Made by a program: the position numbers and the translations under genes. Positions 63,005 through 64,000 of a stretch of 64,000 nucleotides of DNA are shown one piece after another. The notes under the pieces were generated by a model. That model searched no databases and had not been told where the DNA came from. It saw only the letters and a list, made by a program, of their open reading frames with translations. Each line of letters begins with the position of its first letter. Within the stretch, counting starts at the first letter, position 1. This stretch comes from Candidatus Firestoneibacteriota bacterium (GTDB lineage Bacteria > Oederibacteriota > Muellerivitia > Muellerivitales > Muellerivitaceae). Where the stretch lies: NCBI GenBank assembly GCA_013286205.1, contig JABDGD010000005.1:15003-79002 (forward strand), read 5' to 3'.

Positions 63005-64000
63005 TGGGTTCCGCCTCCGTCGAGCAAAAGTTCAAAAAGTTCTTTTGGAATCGGGTGGGAGGCATTCTGCCGGATGGTCAAAAGTCTTCTTCCTCGAAAA
63101 TACAATCGGTTTTAGTCCTTCGGCCGGATCGATTGGGTGATTTTGTTCTCTCCATACCGGCCTTGGCCGAATTGCAACGGCAGATGGGGAAGGCAGGACG
63201 TTTGACTCTGCTGGCGGGTGACCGGAACGCGCAACTGGCTCGTTTTTATTTTCCTGAGGCTAAAATCTGGGTCTCTAGGAAGAATATTTTTTCACGAGTG
63301 AGTCTTTGGTTTCGCCTTTGGTTTAACTCTTTCGACGCGGTCATTGATCTTCATTCCTATCCTTTTTCCACCACCACGACATTACTGAGTGTTTTTTCCG
63401 GCGCGCCCATTCGGGTCGGCTTTTGGGCGGTGGGTGATTTTCAAGAATATTCATCTGTTTCCAAAAGGGTTTTTAATCAGGGGACTAAAGCTCCGGCTGA
63501 AAACCTGCCGGAAGTTCAAAAAAGCTTTTTGCTAATCAAGCGGCTTTTTCCTAAGGCGAAGCTGGATTTATCCAAAGGAAACCTGCCATCCGTTTCGAAA
63601 AAAATCGAAGCGGCGGTGGAGAGTTTTTACACCAAGGCTGACATCAAGACGCAAGATAAAGTCTTGGGCATTCATCCCACGCTTCAAAAGCAGGACAACC
63701 GTTGGTCTCAAGAAAAATATCTGGAACTCATTAAAGGATTAACTTCGGTCAAAGGTTTGAAAATAGTGGTGGTTCATGGCAAGGGAGAGATGGATGAGTT
63801 GGAGCGGTTTCAGAGGCTGACCGCCGGTTTTTCCAATGTGTTTACCCTCCCCAGCGACGACCTTTTCTTTATACTGGAAGCGGCTAAAAGGTTTGACGGT
63901 ATGGTCTGTAATGACAGCGGCATCATGCATGTGTGCGCCTGGGTCACGCCTCTTTTCGCTGTTTTTGGACCCAGCAACGCTAAACGCTGGGGGCCCCAAA
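63004..64000 (+). CDS. Glycosyltransferase family 9 (LPS heptosyltransferase-like), 3' end beyond the window
   Basis: The frame is open from ATG 63004 (TAATG overlap with the smc stop) to the window end. VLVLRPDRLGDFVLSIPAL N-terminus and ..CNDSGIMHVCAWVTPLFAVFGPSNAKRWGP C-terminal GT9 motif. Not in the ORF track because there is no stop. Confidence 0.8.
   Translation, partial: MGSASVEQKFKKFFWNRVGGILPDGQKSSSSKIQSVLVLRPDRLGDFVLSIPALAELQRQMGKAGRLTLLAGDRNAQLARFYFPEAKIWVSRKNIFSRVSLWFRLWFNSFDAVIDLHSYPFSTTTTLLSVFSGAPIRVGFWAVGDFQEYSSVSKRVFNQGTKAPAENLPEVQKSFLLIKRLFPKAKLDLSKGNLPSVSKKIEAAVESFYTKADIKTQDKVLGIHPTLQKQDNRWSQEKYLELIKGLTSVKGLKIVVVHGKGEMDELERFQRLTAGFSNVFTLPSDDLFFILEAAKRFDGMVCNDSGIMHVCAWVTPLFAVFGPSNAKRWGPQ

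Noticed and set aside
62940-63140. 66-aa ORF at the smc 3' end
   Set aside because: It is in a different frame from the open GT9 heptosyltransferase reading frame, which starts at 63004 and carries clear family motifs.

Overview
The window looks like a chromosomal segment of a diderm (Gram-negative-type) bacterium, about 50% GC by eye. The lineage is probably poorly studied, and I cannot name the taxon from sequence alone. I support about 65 protein-coding genes. I recognised no rRNA, tRNA, CRISPR array, transposase, integrase or prophage. Housekeeping anchors are a partial csp, comM/yifB, ffh, skp, a DEAD-box helicase, rpe, an HPr-like gene, hup, rlmN, hisG, typA/bipA, smc and a partial GT9 heptosyltransferase. 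Between them sits an unusually heavy load of secreted or cell-surface proteins: a ~1190-aa autotransporter, Thr-rich repeat proteins with FlgD-Ig/T9SS-like C-terminal domains, a GH16-malectin enzyme, TPR proteins and Pro/Ala repeat proteins. There are also small signalling modules: two PilZ proteins, two stand-alone cNMP-binding proteins and two rhodanese proteins. The items most worth a second look are:
(1) an 836-aa protein with a ~380-residue strict Thr-x-Thr-x array;
(2) a DEAD-box helicase with about 30 tandem FG[DE]RK[PS] hexapeptides;
(3) a three-gene envelope module (Cys-rich protein, outer-membrane barrel starting CSVCGCG, mono-haem cytochrome c);
(4) tandem paralogues that fuse an NHL propeller to an SGNH/AlgJ-like domain;
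(5) a perfect sigma-54 promoter plus upstream palindrome in front of an orphan HPr gene;
(6) an unassigned ~420-nt unit bracketed by two terminators;
(7) an SRAP/YedK homologue lacking the catalytic Cys2 and His;
(8) a G6-homopolymer frameshift in a TAXI-family receptor gene.
Family assignments come from motif recognition by eye. No database search was run. DUF and family names are from memory and need HMM confirmation.
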